From NCBI GenBank assembly GCA_965652295.1, contig CBFGTS010000008.1, forward strand, positions 32,001 through 96,000: DNA of 64,000 nucleotides, in the 5' to 3' direction. This stretch comes from an uncultured Haloferula sp. (lineage in GTDB: Bacteria > Verrucomicrobiota > Verrucomicrobiia > Verrucomicrobiales > Akkermansiaceae). Position numbers and translations under genes: made by a program. Under the pieces are notes generated by a model. It saw nothing but the letters and a program-made list of their open reading frames with translations, was not told the origin of the DNA and made no database searches. Positions 53,372 to 63,600 of the stretch are shown one piece after another; the first letter of the stretch is position 1, and every line of letters begins with the position of its first letter.

Positions 53372-54064
53372 ATGTCCTACGACGCGCTCCGCCAAGAATG
53401 CCTCGCCGCCAACCTCGAACTGCCGGACACCGGTCTGGTCGATCTCACCTTCGGAAACGTCTCCGTGGCGGACCCTGACGCCCGCGTATTCGCGATCAAG
53501 CCCAGCGGTGTGGATTACAAGGCTCTGAAGGCCTCCGACATGGTCATCCTGGACTTCGAGGGAAACGTGCTCGAAGGCGATCTCCGTCCTTCGTCCGACA
53601 CGCCGACGCACCGCTGTCTTTACCTCCACTTTGAAGGCATCCGCTCGGTGGTGCATACCCACTCGCGCAGCGCCGTCGCATTCGCGCAGGCAGGCGTCGA
53701 CCTGCCCTGCCTGGGAACCACCCACTGCGACTATTTCCATGGCTCCGTCCCGGTCACGCGCGACATGACTCCGGAGGAAGTCGGTGGCGAATATGAGTGG
53801 GAAACCGGAAAGGTCATCGTCGAACGTTTCGCGGATCTCGATCCACGTGAGGTGACCGCGGTGCTGGTTCGCAATCACGGTCCGTTTGCCTGGGGAGCGT
53901 CCGGCAAAAAGGCGGTGGAAAACGCCCTGGCGCTGGAAATCGTGGCCGACATGGCGATCAAGACTTTTGCGATCCGTCGCGACGCTCCGCCGGCTCCGCC
54001 GCACCTCCTGGACAAACACTTCTTCCGCAAGCACGGCCCGGGTGCCTACTACGGCCAGAAATGA
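53372..54064 (+). CDS. araD: L-ribulose-5-phosphate 4-epimerase
   Basis: TFGNVS, IKPSGV, PSSDTPTH, VHTHS, GTTHCDYF, HGPFAWG, KHFFRKHGPGAYYGQ. Confidence 0.95.
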   Translation: MSYDALRQECLAANLELPDTGLVDLTFGNVSVADPDARVFAIKPSGVDYKALKASDMVILDFEGNVLEGDLRPSSDTPTHRCLYLHFEGIRSVVHTHSRSAVAFAQAGVDLPCLGTTHCDYFHGSVPVTRDMTPEEVGGEYEWETGKVIVERFADLDPREVTAVLVRNHGPFAWGASGKKAVENALALEIVADMAIKTFAIRRDAPPAPPHLLDKHFFRKHGPGAYYGQK

Positions 54065-54159
54065 ATTTCTCCGTCTGACTCCACTCTCTCCGCAAACACT
54101 CATCCGATTTACCGCCTCCGCGTCCCTGGACGTGACGACGGCTTCTTCATCCGATCCTC

Positions 54160-54990
54160 ATGAAAGTAATCCACATGCCATCCCCGACCGAAACCGCCAT
54201 GCTCGACACGGTGGGTCTCCGCGAATCCTTCCTGCTCGATGAGCTGTTCCAAGCCGGCGAACTGACCCTGGTGTACACCGACCTCGACCGCGCCATTGTC
54301 GGCTCCGCCGTGCCGACCGGCTCCGACCTCAAACTCGATGCTGGCGACGAACTCCGCGCCGAGTTTTTCTGCGAACGCCGCGAGCTGGGCATCCTCAACA
54401 TGGGAGCGAAAGGCACCGTCACCGTCGATGGCACCGCCTACGAACTCGACAAGTGCGAGTGCCTCTACGTCGGCCGTGGCAGCAAGGAGATCTCGTTTTC
54501 CAGCGCCGATGGCGGTGAACCGGCCGGCTTCTACCTCGTCAGCTATCCGGCCCACGCCGCGCACCCTACGACCAAGGCGACCCCGGCCGACGCGACCCGC
54601 GTCGAGCTTGGCAGCCCGGAGGAGTGCAACGAGCGCACGATCTGCCAGTACATCCACGAGAACGGCATCAAGAGCTGCCAGCTCGTGATGGGCTACACCG
54701 AGTTCAAGCCCGGCAGCATCTGGAACACCATGCCGGCCCACACCCACCTGCGCCGCAGCGAGGTGTACTGCTATTTCGATGTGCCTGCGGGTCACGCCGT
54801 ACTTCACATGATGGGCGAGCCGGATGAAACGCGCCCGCTCTGGATCCATGACAAGCAGGCGGTGCTTTCCCCCGCATGGTCGATCCACTGCGGTGCCGGC
54901 ACCGCGGCCTACCGCTTCTGCTGGGCCATGGGCGGCGAAAACCAGGCGTTCACCGATATGGACAAACTCGAAATTTCCGCCCTCCGCTGA
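54160..54990 (+). CDS. kduI: 5-dehydro-4-deoxy-D-glucuronate isomerase
   Basis: ERRELGILN, SCQLVMG, WNTMPAHTH.RRSEVY.YF, HMMGEP.ETR, SPAWSIH.GAGT, AMGGENQ. Confidence 0.96.
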   Translation: MKVIHMPSPTETAMLDTVGLRESFLLDELFQAGELTLVYTDLDRAIVGSAVPTGSDLKLDAGDELRAEFFCERRELGILNMGAKGTVTVDGTAYELDKCECLYVGRGSKEISFSSADGGEPAGFYLVSYPAHAAHPTTKATPADATRVELGSPEECNERTICQYIHENGIKSCQLVMGYTEFKPGSIWNTMPAHTHLRRSEVYCYFDVPAGHAVLHMMGEPDETRPLWIHDKQAVLSPAWSIHCGAGTAAYRFCWAMGGENQAFTDMDKLEISALR

Positions 54991-54992
54991 TC

Positions 54993-55760
54993 ATGAGCAT
55001 TCTCTCCTCCTTCGATCTCAGCGGAAAAGCGGCGGTCGTCACCGGCTGCAAGCGCGGCATCGGCTTCGCCATGGCCGAGGCTCTCGCCGAGGCGGGTGCT
55101 AACATTATCGGCGTCAGCGCCTCGCTCGCCCCGGGCAGCGAGATCGAGAAAGCCGTTACCGCTCTCGGTCGCAAGTTCACCTCCTACCAGTGCGATTTCT
55201 CCGACCGTGAGGCCGTGAAGTCCTTCGCCGCCCAGGTGCTCGCCGAGCAGGGTACGCCGGACATCCTCGTCAACAACGCCGGCACGATCGCCCGCGCACC
55301 CGCCGCGGAGCATCCGGATGAGATGTGGTTCAATGTCATCGATGTGAACCTCAACGCCCAGTTCCTGCTCAGCCGTGATATCGGAGCGAAGATGATCGAG
55401 CGCGGCTCGGGGAAGATCATCTTCACCGCCTCGTTGCTGACGTTCCAAGGAGGCATCACGGTGCCGGGCTACGCGGCTTCGAAGGGAGCCATCGGCCAGC
55501 TCACCAAGGCGCTCGCCAACGAGTGGGCCTCGAAGGGCGTCAACGTCAACGCGATCGCCCCCGGCTACATCGCGACCGACAATACCGAGGCGCTGCGCAA
55601 CGATCCGGTGCGTGCCGGACAAATCCTCGCCCGGATTCCGGCCGGACGCTGGGGAGATCCCGCGGACTTCAAAGGCCCGACGGTCTTCCTCGCATCCAAG
55701 GCATCCGACTACGTCAACGGCGAGGTCCTCGTCGTCGATGGCGGCTGGATGGGTCGGTGA
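54993..55760 (+). CDS. kduD: 2-deoxy-D-gluconate 3-dehydrogenase (SDR)
   Basis: VTGCKRGIG, DILVNNAG, ASLLTFQGGITVPGYAASKG, RIPAGRWG, VDGGWMGR; adjacent to kduI. Confidence 0.92.
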   Translation: MSILSSFDLSGKAAVVTGCKRGIGFAMAEALAEAGANIIGVSASLAPGSEIEKAVTALGRKFTSYQCDFSDREAVKSFAAQVLAEQGTPDILVNNAGTIARAPAAEHPDEMWFNVIDVNLNAQFLLSRDIGAKMIERGSGKIIFTASLLTFQGGITVPGYAASKGAIGQLTKALANEWASKGVNVNAIAPGYIATDNTEALRNDPVRAGQILARIPAGRWGDPADFKGPTVFLASKASDYVNGEVLVVDGGWMGR

Positions 55761-55775
55761 ATGGACCGGGCGCGA

Positions 55776-58631
55776 TCAGCGCCCTGTCCCATCATCGAGA
55801 TCCGGATCAAAGGCGCGCTCGGGAACGGGCGCGTCGGCTCCCCCTCCTGCCCAAAGCGCGTCCGCATCGGCCGGAGATAGCGAGAAGCCGGGCTTGAACG
55901 CGTCGCCCGCCAAGTAGTCGGTGAGGGACTTGCGGAGCTGACGCGTGACCGGGTCGTCGCGGTTGAGCGGGATCGCGCACACCAGCAGGTGGCCGGGACC
56001 CACGCGGGCCTCGAAGATGACGCCGAGCTGCCAGTTGCGGTTCCAGTCGTCGATCGCGGAAACGACCGGCTCCAAACCGCGGGGAGCCTTGGTGAGGTTC
56101 ACCGAGCGGACCCCGTCGATGATCGGCGTCCATTGGAAATCGCAGTGGGCGGCGGTGGGAAAGGCGGCGAGGGCGGGGTGGTCGTCTTTGATGAGCAGCC
56201 CGAGCATCGCGTCGAAGCGCGGGAGCGGATTCTTCGGGGGACGGACGGTCATCTGGATATTCCAGAAAATCGGCACGCGCTTCATCGGTGGCGAAATGGT
56301 GGGGTCGAGAAAGTCCTGCTTCGGGACGAATAGTAACTTTTCCCCAGCGGCGAGACGCTTGGAGGCATCGGCCCAATCGTGTGTGATCGTTGCGCCTTCA
56401 TTCGCCGGCCCGTCGGCGGGGTAGAGCCAGAAGTTCCAGTCGTTCTCGACCTCCGTGCCGTCGAGGCCGACGACCAATTTGTAGGCTGCGGGCGCGGGAA
56501 GGTCGGTCAGGTCGGCGCGGACTTCGCCGAGCGGGAGGTTCTTTCCGATGGGCACGTCCCGTGCGTCCCAGGTATCCCGACGGATCCGTTCACCGTCGGA
56601 AGTACGGAGCTCCCAGTAGGGTTTGGCCTGCTCGATCGGTGCTTCACCGAAATGGTAGAGTTCGATCTCCGCTTGGAGTGTCTCGTTCGTGGTGAAAGTC
56701 CGCTGTTTCAACCTCGCGAGCGGCACTGTCTGCGAGTGAAAGCGGCGGAACTCCCCGCCGGTGACGTAGCTCTTCGGGTCCCAGAAGGCGTCGAGCACTC
56801 CGATCAGCGCGGTGCCCTGGCCGAGGTAGTCGCGGATGTCGAGCATCTGGTGTCCGGCCAATCCCGGCGTACGGAGGTTGGCCTCCAGCTCCTCTTTATA
56901 ACAGGCGAGCTGGAATTTCCCGGAAGCGAAAGCGAGTTCGTCGTTGATGTCGGCGAGCCCGTTCTGCTCCGCGATGTGGCGGAAAATGCGATAGTTCGAG
57001 GGCCGGAGATAGCCGGTGAATTTCTCAATGATGTCGAAGTCCGGATAGGCGCACCATTGGCCGATCTCGTGGGCGAGCACCGGGATATCGACGTCTTCCA
57101 GCGCCGCGCGGAAATCGTTGCCGAACCAGCCGGTCACGTTGCGCAGCTCGCCTTTTCCAAACCTCACGAGTCCGGCGAACTGGGCTCCGTCATACACCTG
57201 CTCCGGTCGATTCCAGCCGGTTCCGGCGGCATAGAGCCGCCGCGGATCCTTATCATACCACCGTTTCGCCCATTGCGGAGTGACCTGGGTGTAGCGTCCG
57301 GCCGGTTCGTTGGAGGGAGAGAAGAGGACGAAACTCGGGTGATTACCGTAGGCCTTCAGCATCAGCGGCGTTTCCTCCTCCAGATACTCCGTGTAAACTC
57401 CGTCGGGATAGAACGGTGCCCACAGGCCGGGCTCGGCCTGGAGGTAGAACCCGAGTTCGTCGGCCGCAGTGAAGGCGGCGTCGGGCGGGCAGCAGGAGTG
57501 GAAGCGGATGCCGTTCAGGCCGAATTCCTGGCAGCGGCGGATGATCTTTTTCCAAGATTCGACATCGGTCGCGGGGTAGCCGGTCAGCGGGAAATCGAGG
57601 CCGAAGTGGGTGGTGCGGAGGTTCGCCGGCCGGCCGTTGAGCAGCAGCTCCTTGCCCTGCCATGAGATCTCGCGCAGGCCGAAGGTGATCTTGCTACGGT
57701 GAACGCCGTAGTCGCTGTGGAGCGCGACGTCGAGCTCATGAAGCGCGGGCTCGAACTCGCTCCAGAGCTTGGCATCCCTCCCCAGCGGAATCACCAGGGA
57801 GAGCTTCCCGCCGGCTTCGTCGATCGAGAATTCGCGCTCCGACGGGCCCACGAGGACTTTGCCTGTGACGGGCTTTCCGGAGAGGTTCCCCAGGGTGATC
57901 TCGATCCTCGCCGTTTTCTCCGCCACGTTCGGAAACGCCTGCACATCCTCCAGCCAGACTTGCGGGGTGGCGCGCAGCTCGATCTTGCCCGCGATGCCGT
58001 TCCACGTCTGGCCGAGCGCGTCGGACACCGCATGGGCGTCGGGCATGTGGCCCACGTTGCCCTTCGGGTCGCGGACGATCATCCGGTTGTCCAGCCGGAC
58101 GGTCAGCGTGTGTCGGCCCGGCTTGAGCACGCCCAGACCGAACTGGTGCGGTGCGGCGAGGCTGCGGGCGGAGCCGACCTCGCGGTCGCCGAGCCAGACG
58201 GTCGATTTCCAACGCGGACGTTCGAGAAAGAGCTCGACCCGTTGGTTTGTCCAATCGGCCGGGATTTCGATGTCGCGCTGGTACCATGCGGCACCGAGAT
58301 AGTGCTTGGTTGGCTGGGAAAGGAACGGCACCTCGACCTTGCCAGGCTGCGAGAAGTGGTCGCGCAGCTTCTGTGACTGGAGTTTCCACCACTCCCCGCC
58401 AAGTCCGAGCACCCACGGGGTGTCGGGCGAGATGTCGTCGCCATAACCCTGCGACTGAAGGATTCCGGGGAGGGTGATGCGGTTCTCGAGCGTTCGGCTC
58501 TGCCAGTTCTCCTCGATGCCGACATCTTCCCGATCCATGGAAAACCGCCACTCGCCGGCGAGTGGAAGGACCGGCGTCGAGGCTGTGGCGTGGGCGGCGA
58601 AAAAGAGATAAAGAAACAGACGTGGGATCAT
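55776..58631 (-). CDS. Secreted GH2-family glycoside hydrolase
   Basis: LAGEWRF, GAAWYQR, WNGIAG, FGLREI, NGIRFHS..P, NHPS..NE, HEIG. Confidence 0.88.
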   Translation of the reverse strand: MIPRLFLYLFFAAHATASTPVLPLAGEWRFSMDREDVGIEENWQSRTLENRITLPGILQSQGYGDDISPDTPWVLGLGGEWWKLQSQKLRDHFSQPGKVEVPFLSQPTKHYLGAAWYQRDIEIPADWTNQRVELFLERPRWKSTVWLGDREVGSARSLAAPHQFGLGVLKPGRHTLTVRLDNRMIVRDPKGNVGHMPDAHAVSDALGQTWNGIAGKIELRATPQVWLEDVQAFPNVAEKTARIEITLGNLSGKPVTGKVLVGPSEREFSIDEAGGKLSLVIPLGRDAKLWSEFEPALHELDVALHSDYGVHRSKITFGLREISWQGKELLLNGRPANLRTTHFGLDFPLTGYPATDVESWKKIIRRCQEFGLNGIRFHSCCPPDAAFTAADELGFYLQAEPGLWAPFYPDGVYTEYLEEETPLMLKAYGNHPSFVLFSPSNEPAGRYTQVTPQWAKRWYDKDPRRLYAAGTGWNRPEQVYDGAQFAGLVRFGKGELRNVTGWFGNDFRAALEDVDIPVLAHEIGQWCAYPDFDIIEKFTGYLRPSNYRIFRHIAEQNGLADINDELAFASGKFQLACYKEELEANLRTPGLAGHQMLDIRDYLGQGTALIGVLDAFWDPKSYVTGGEFRRFHSQTVPLARLKQRTFTTNETLQAEIELYHFGEAPIEQAKPYWELRTSDGERIRRDTWDARDVPIGKNLPLGEVRADLTDLPAPAAYKLVVGLDGTEVENDWNFWLYPADGPANEGATITHDWADASKRLAAGEKLLFVPKQDFLDPTISPPMKRVPIFWNIQMTVRPPKNPLPRFDAMLGLLIKDDHPALAAFPTAAHCDFQWTPIIDGVRSVNLTKAPRGLEPVVSAIDDWNRNWQLGVIFEARVGPGHLLVCAIPLNRDDPVTRQLRKSLTDYLAGDAFKPGFSLSPADADALWAGGGADAPVPERAFDPDLDDGTGR

Positions 58632-58669
58632 GGGCTGGGAAGACTCTACAACAGAAGAGCCGCGATCCT

Positions 58670-59218
58670 TTAGTCGGACGGATAGCCCGTTTGTGGGATG
58701 GGCGTCGGCACCTTCCGGCCGTTCGGAGAGAGGATGAGATCGTCAGCAGTGAAGAGCGCTTTGTCGGGGCCGGCGGAGCGGAGGGTGAGTTCGCGGGCGG
58801 CTTCGGGGTGGACGAAAAGCGGAGTGTTCCAGCGGTCGATCAGAAGGCGGTCGGAGCTCACCGCGGGGTGATCGGCGCGGAGGAAGGGCTGGCGGCTGGC
58901 GTTTTCACCGAGGAGGCAGGCGGTGAGGTCGGCGTTGCCGCCGATGGGATGGCGGGTGACGTCTTTGATCACGGAGAAATAGCCGAGCACGACGGCGCGG
59001 ACTTTTCGGAGGTCCTCGATCGGTGGGCTGGCGGGATCGGCCCAGGTCGCCAGGAGGCGGTCGCCGGGCAGCGGTTGGCGCTCTGGAGCCGGGGCTGGCT
59101 GCGAACGAACATCCGGGGGGGCGGGAGGCTCGGCGGCCGGCTGGCGGAGGAGCAGCCACGCGCCGGCGAGGAGGGCGACGATGACGAGGCCGGAGAGGGC
59201 GGCGAGGAGTTTCCGCAT
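58670..59218 (-). CDS. Membrane-anchored protein with GspG/pseudopilin-like C-terminal motif
   Basis: N-terminal TM, Pro-rich linker, DRWNTPL..LRSAGPDK.LFTADDL. ATGA region lies just after the DUF1501 stop. Confidence 0.7.
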   Translation of the reverse strand: MRKLLAALSGLVIVALLAGAWLLLRQPAAEPPAPPDVRSQPAPAPERQPLPGDRLLATWADPASPPIEDLRKVRAVVLGYFSVIKDVTRHPIGGNADLTACLLGENASRQPFLRADHPAVSSDRLLIDRWNTPLFVHPEAARELTLRSAGPDKALFTADDLILSPNGRKVPTPIPQTGYPSD

Positions 59219-59224
59219 GACGGC

Positions 59225-60688
59225 TCAGGCGATGAAACCCACGGGTCCTTCGGCCGAGGAAGGATCGAAGAAGTTGGAGATGTTCGGCAGCACGCCTTCC
59301 ATGTCGGTGCCGGAGACGCCGAACCACCGGAGAAGCTCGCAGAAGTATTCGTCCACGGAGAGCTTCGGGAAAATGCGGCCGCCGCGGCCGATGTCGTCGG
59401 GACCGTCGATGGCGAGCGACGGATATTCCCCGAAAACGCGGCCTCCGAGGACCGGGCCGCCCATGACGATCTGGTTTCCGGACCAGGCGTGGTCGGTTCC
59501 CTGGCCATTCGAGCGCAGGGTGCGGCCGAAATCGGAGCAGGTGAAGGTGACGACCTCATCGCCGAGACCGAGGAGATCGAGGGTCTGTTGGAAGGCGTGA
59601 AGCGACTGATCGAGGACCGCCAGCATGCCGGCCTGGGTGTTGAGCAGTTCCGAGTGGTGGTCCCAGCCGCCGAACTCGAGGAACAGGGTTTGCCGCGAAA
59701 GCTTGAGCTGCGGCCGGATGGCGATGGTGCGGATGGCGGCGGCGAGGTTGCTGGCGAAGGGGTGGTTGGGGAAACCTGCGGCGTCGATGGCGGCGTTGAC
59801 GTCGGTGCCGTTGAGATTGCCGGGGTTGTCGAAGTGGGTGCCGAATTCGATGCCGCGTTCGATGCTGTTGGAGGTGATGCGGGCGTGGGTGCGCTGGAAC
59901 AGGTTGCGGTAATGTTCCTCGATCGGGCCTGAAACGGTCTCGCGAATGAGGTTTTCCTTGGCCTGCAGGGTGGGGGCGCTTGAGCCGGTGCCGGTGAACG
60001 CGAGCGCGCCGTTCGAGGTGATGACGAACTGGCCTTCGCTCTGGCCGATCTGGAAGGTCGAGTTTCCTGCGAGGGAGAAATTCATCGGCATGTAGAAACT
60101 GCCGGTTTGCTCGGTGTTGTGGCTGGTGTGGATGAAGTCGGCGGCGCGGCCCGCCCATCCGGTGAGGACCGGCAGGCCCTGGGGAACGGAGGTCTGCCAC
60201 TGCTCGACTTGGTCGCGATGGGAAAACAGGGCCTTGGGCAGTGCGACCGAGCCTGAGAGGTAGGCCTGCTTGTCGGGGATGGGCTCGACGAGGGTCCCGA
60301 CGTTGGCGAGGAGCGAGAGTGTGGCCGGGTCCGCGCCGGTGCCGTTGAATCTTTCCGCGAGGCGGGGGCAGGAGGGGTGCATGCCATAGCGGCGACCGTG
60401 GGAGTCGGTGAAATCGAGCGGCAGCAGCGAATCGCGCGGGATCGCGAGGTTCGAGCGGGCGGCCGCGTAGTCGTCGTATCCGCCGGGCTGATCGATGGGG
60501 ATAAGGAAGTTGAAGGTATCGCAACCCCCACCGAGGAAGACGCAGACGAGCGTTTTGCGGGTGGTGCCGGTAAGACCCTGCGCCGCAGCGTGATTGGCGA
60601 GGGTGAGGTTGAGCAGGGTGGAGAGGACGGGGATCGAGCCGATCGCCGCGCAACTGGCTTCGCCGAGGAATTGTCTGCGGGTGGTCAT
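59225..60688 (-). CDS. DUF1501 family protein (Tat signal)
   Basis: TRRQFL, LVCVFLGGGCD, HP, NVGTL, LFSH.DQ..WQ, GGWDHH, SDFGRTL.SNG.GTDHAW, VMGGPV.GG. Confidence 0.92.
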   Translation of the reverse strand: MTTRRQFLGEASCAAIGSIPVLSTLLNLTLANHAAAQGLTGTTRKTLVCVFLGGGCDTFNFLIPIDQPGGYDDYAAARSNLAIPRDSLLPLDFTDSHGRRYGMHPSCPRLAERFNGTGADPATLSLLANVGTLVEPIPDKQAYLSGSVALPKALFSHRDQVEQWQTSVPQGLPVLTGWAGRAADFIHTSHNTEQTGSFYMPMNFSLAGNSTFQIGQSEGQFVITSNGALAFTGTGSSAPTLQAKENLIRETVSGPIEEHYRNLFQRTHARITSNSIERGIEFGTHFDNPGNLNGTDVNAAIDAAGFPNHPFASNLAAAIRTIAIRPQLKLSRQTLFLEFGGWDHHSELLNTQAGMLAVLDQSLHAFQQTLDLLGLGDEVVTFTCSDFGRTLRSNGQGTDHAWSGNQIVMGGPVLGGRVFGEYPSLAIDGPDDIGRGGRIFPKLSVDEYFCELLRWFGVSGTDMEGVLPNISNFFDPSSAEGPVGFIA

Positions 60689-60694
60689 GGCATT

Positions 60695-63600
60695 CTACCG
60701 TTGCACGGTGCCTTCGGGGCAGGTGAGCGAGGTCCACAGCGCCAGGGCGACGCGTTGCTCGCGAGTGAGGTCGGTGTTTTCGAGGACGTCGAGGATCAGC
60801 CCGCGGGTGCGGGCGGTCATGGAACCGGCGCAGACGAGCAGGTTGAGCCGGTCGACGAGGATCTCCGGGGTGGCGGCGTCGAGGAGGAAGCGGGCGTAGT
60901 CGAGCGGGTAGCGCGGCCCGGACCAGGAGGAAATGAAGCCATCGCGAAGGTAGTCCCAGAGGCGGTTGGGGAACGAGATGGCGGAATAGGAATCGATGAT
61001 CTGGAAGCCCGGGCTTACCAAGCCGAGCTCGCGGATTTCGCCAGGGGCTTGGTATTCGGGGGTGAAGAAATTGAACACGCTGGGCGAGTAGAACGGCTCT
61101 TGAAAACTATAGCCGTAGTAGAGTTGTTCCGGATTCCACCAGACGAAGTCGGGGTGCAGATCCATCACTCGGCCGAGGCGCGCGAGGTGCATGGTGCGGA
61201 TGACCGGTTCGCGGACTTTTCCGAAGGTGGGATCGAGCGGCATGCGGCGCGCCTCGTCGTCGAGCAGGATGGCGCGGACGGTTTCGCCGAGATTTCCTCC
61301 GCTGGCGGAGAAGGCGGAGGAAACGCGCCCGACATAGGACGGCGAGGGGTTGTCGGTGACGAGGAAGCGGATCAGGTGCTTGGAGAGGAAAGGCGCGGTG
61401 TTCGGATGGCGAACAAGGGCTTGGACGGCTTCGCGGACTTCCTGCATGCCGGCTTGGTCGGACGGATCGCGGGCGGGGAGAATGACGCCGCCGGGCAGCT
61501 CCTTGCGTCCGAAGTCGTGGTGTTCGGCCCACATGACCATGGGCTTGAGGAAATGGCTCTCGCTCCATCCTCCGCCGCCCCAGCCGTAGGGGGCATCGTA
61601 GTAGAGACCGGTGAAAACTCGGGCCAGTTCGGTGATGTCGCCGTTGTCGTAGGTGGGGATCGGTTCTCCGGTTTCGTCGAGCTTGCGGGTGCCATCGGGA
61701 TTGAGCTCCCACAGGCCGATGGTGAAAAGTTGCATGATTTCCCGGGCGAAGTTCTCGTCCGGGTAGCGGGGGATGGAGGGATCGGCCTTCTGATTCCCGA
61801 CGTGGCTGAGATACCAGCCCATGTTCGGGTGAAGGGCGACGCCGGTCAGAAGGTCGGCGTAGGAGCCGAAGGCACCGTTGATGAGGTGATCGTAGTAGTC
61901 GGCGAGGGCCTCGGGCATTTCCGCGAGCTGGGCGTCGCGGCGGGAGATGACGAGGATTTCGGAAAGCGCGAAGGCGACGCGCTGGCGGAGTTGATCGGGC
62001 GCGGAGATGGCGTGGCGGGCCCACGGGGTGGTGATGTTCGAGCCGGTGACGAAGGAGTTGTCCTCGTTGTAGTCGTAGGTCCGGTCGAGGTGCGGGCCGG
62101 CGGCGTCTTCCTTGATGCGGACGATGTAGGGGCGGAGGAGCGAGGGCGGGAGAGAGAGTTGTTCGTCGATCCAGGCTTCGACTCCCGTGGTGCGGACGTG
62201 ATCGATCTCTTCAAGGGTCGGGCCGAAGGTGGCCTGCATGAGTAGCCGGGAGGCATGGACCGGGGAGGGCGCTGAGGTCGACGGGCTCGTGCCACCGCCG
62301 GTGGTGCCGGAAGCGATGGTGTCGAGGAGGGCACGGGCGTCGCCGGCGAGAGGGCCCGCCGCAGGGTCGGTGGTGGAGGCGGCGAGTGAGTCGGGCGAGT
62401 CGGGATCCGAAAACAGAACGTGGGTTTCCACCCAGTCTTCCACTCCGTCGCCATCGCTATCGACGGAACCAACGCCGGCCCGGAAGTACGAGGGTTCTGC
62501 GAGAAGGGCATCGGGAAGGGTCGCGGTGATTTCCGTCGGGGTCAGGCCGAAACCGGGCGGGTCGAACGGGTCCCACTGCGCGAGGTCGGAAGAGGACTCC
62601 AGCCAGTGGGCCTTGTGATCGAGGCGGGTCCAGGCGAGGTGGAGATCGTCGCCTTCCGTCTCGCTGCGCATGCGGAGGCGCGAGTTCGGATCGTCGGGAT
62701 CGGTGCCGGCTTCGCTCTCGGCGCGATTCGACATGCCATCGCCATCGTCGTCGTCGAGGGCGGCGCGGGTTTTTCCTCCGGACCAGAGGGACCAGGCGTC
62801 GGAGAGGCCGTCGTTGTCGAGGTCGTCCAGATTCCCGGAAAAGCCATGCCAGGCGGGCGCGGACGAAGCGATGAGAGGCGAGGTGCCGAGCGCGAGTTCG
62901 GTGGCGTCGGAAATGCCGTCGTCGTCGGTGTCGGCCGCATGAGGATCGGTGCCCGCCAGGAACTCGGTGAGGTTGTCGAGTGTGTCGGCGTCGGAATCGA
63001 GGGTCGCGTCCGCGGGATCGGCGGGGTTGAAGGTGTGAGCGGTTTCCCAGGTGTCGGGCATGCCGTCATCGTCGGAATCTGCGGTTCCGACCGCGTGGCT
63101 GGCGAGGAAGGGAGTGATGCCGGGCTCACTTTCGAAGGTGGTGAACCCGGGGATGCCATCGACGGAGGTCCACGAGGCGGAGCCATCGAGAAGGTGGGGA
63201 TCGACGGCGACGTGGTCGGTCCACTGCCGGGAGGCGATGAGCGTGGGCGAGCCGGGATCCGCGAGGTGGTGGATGGAGAAGGTCAGGGTCCACGCATTGA
63301 TGCCGGGATCGGGGCGAACGGCGGTCATTTCCAGGCGGAGCGGATGGGATTCATCGCCATCTCCGTGATCGCTGAAGCCGAGCGCGGCGGAGAGGTCGTT
63401 GGCGGGATCGGTCGAGCCGGTGGCGTAGATCCCCCACTCGGGATGGCCGGGGTAGTGGAAGAGATTCTGGGTGCAGCGGAAGCGATGGGCGATGACGCCA
63501 TTCCGGTAAACGAGCCCCATGGCCATCTCGTGGGTCCAGCTTTGGTCGTCGAACTCGACGATGGCTTCGAAGAGGTTTGTGGAGCTGGAGTTGATCGCGC

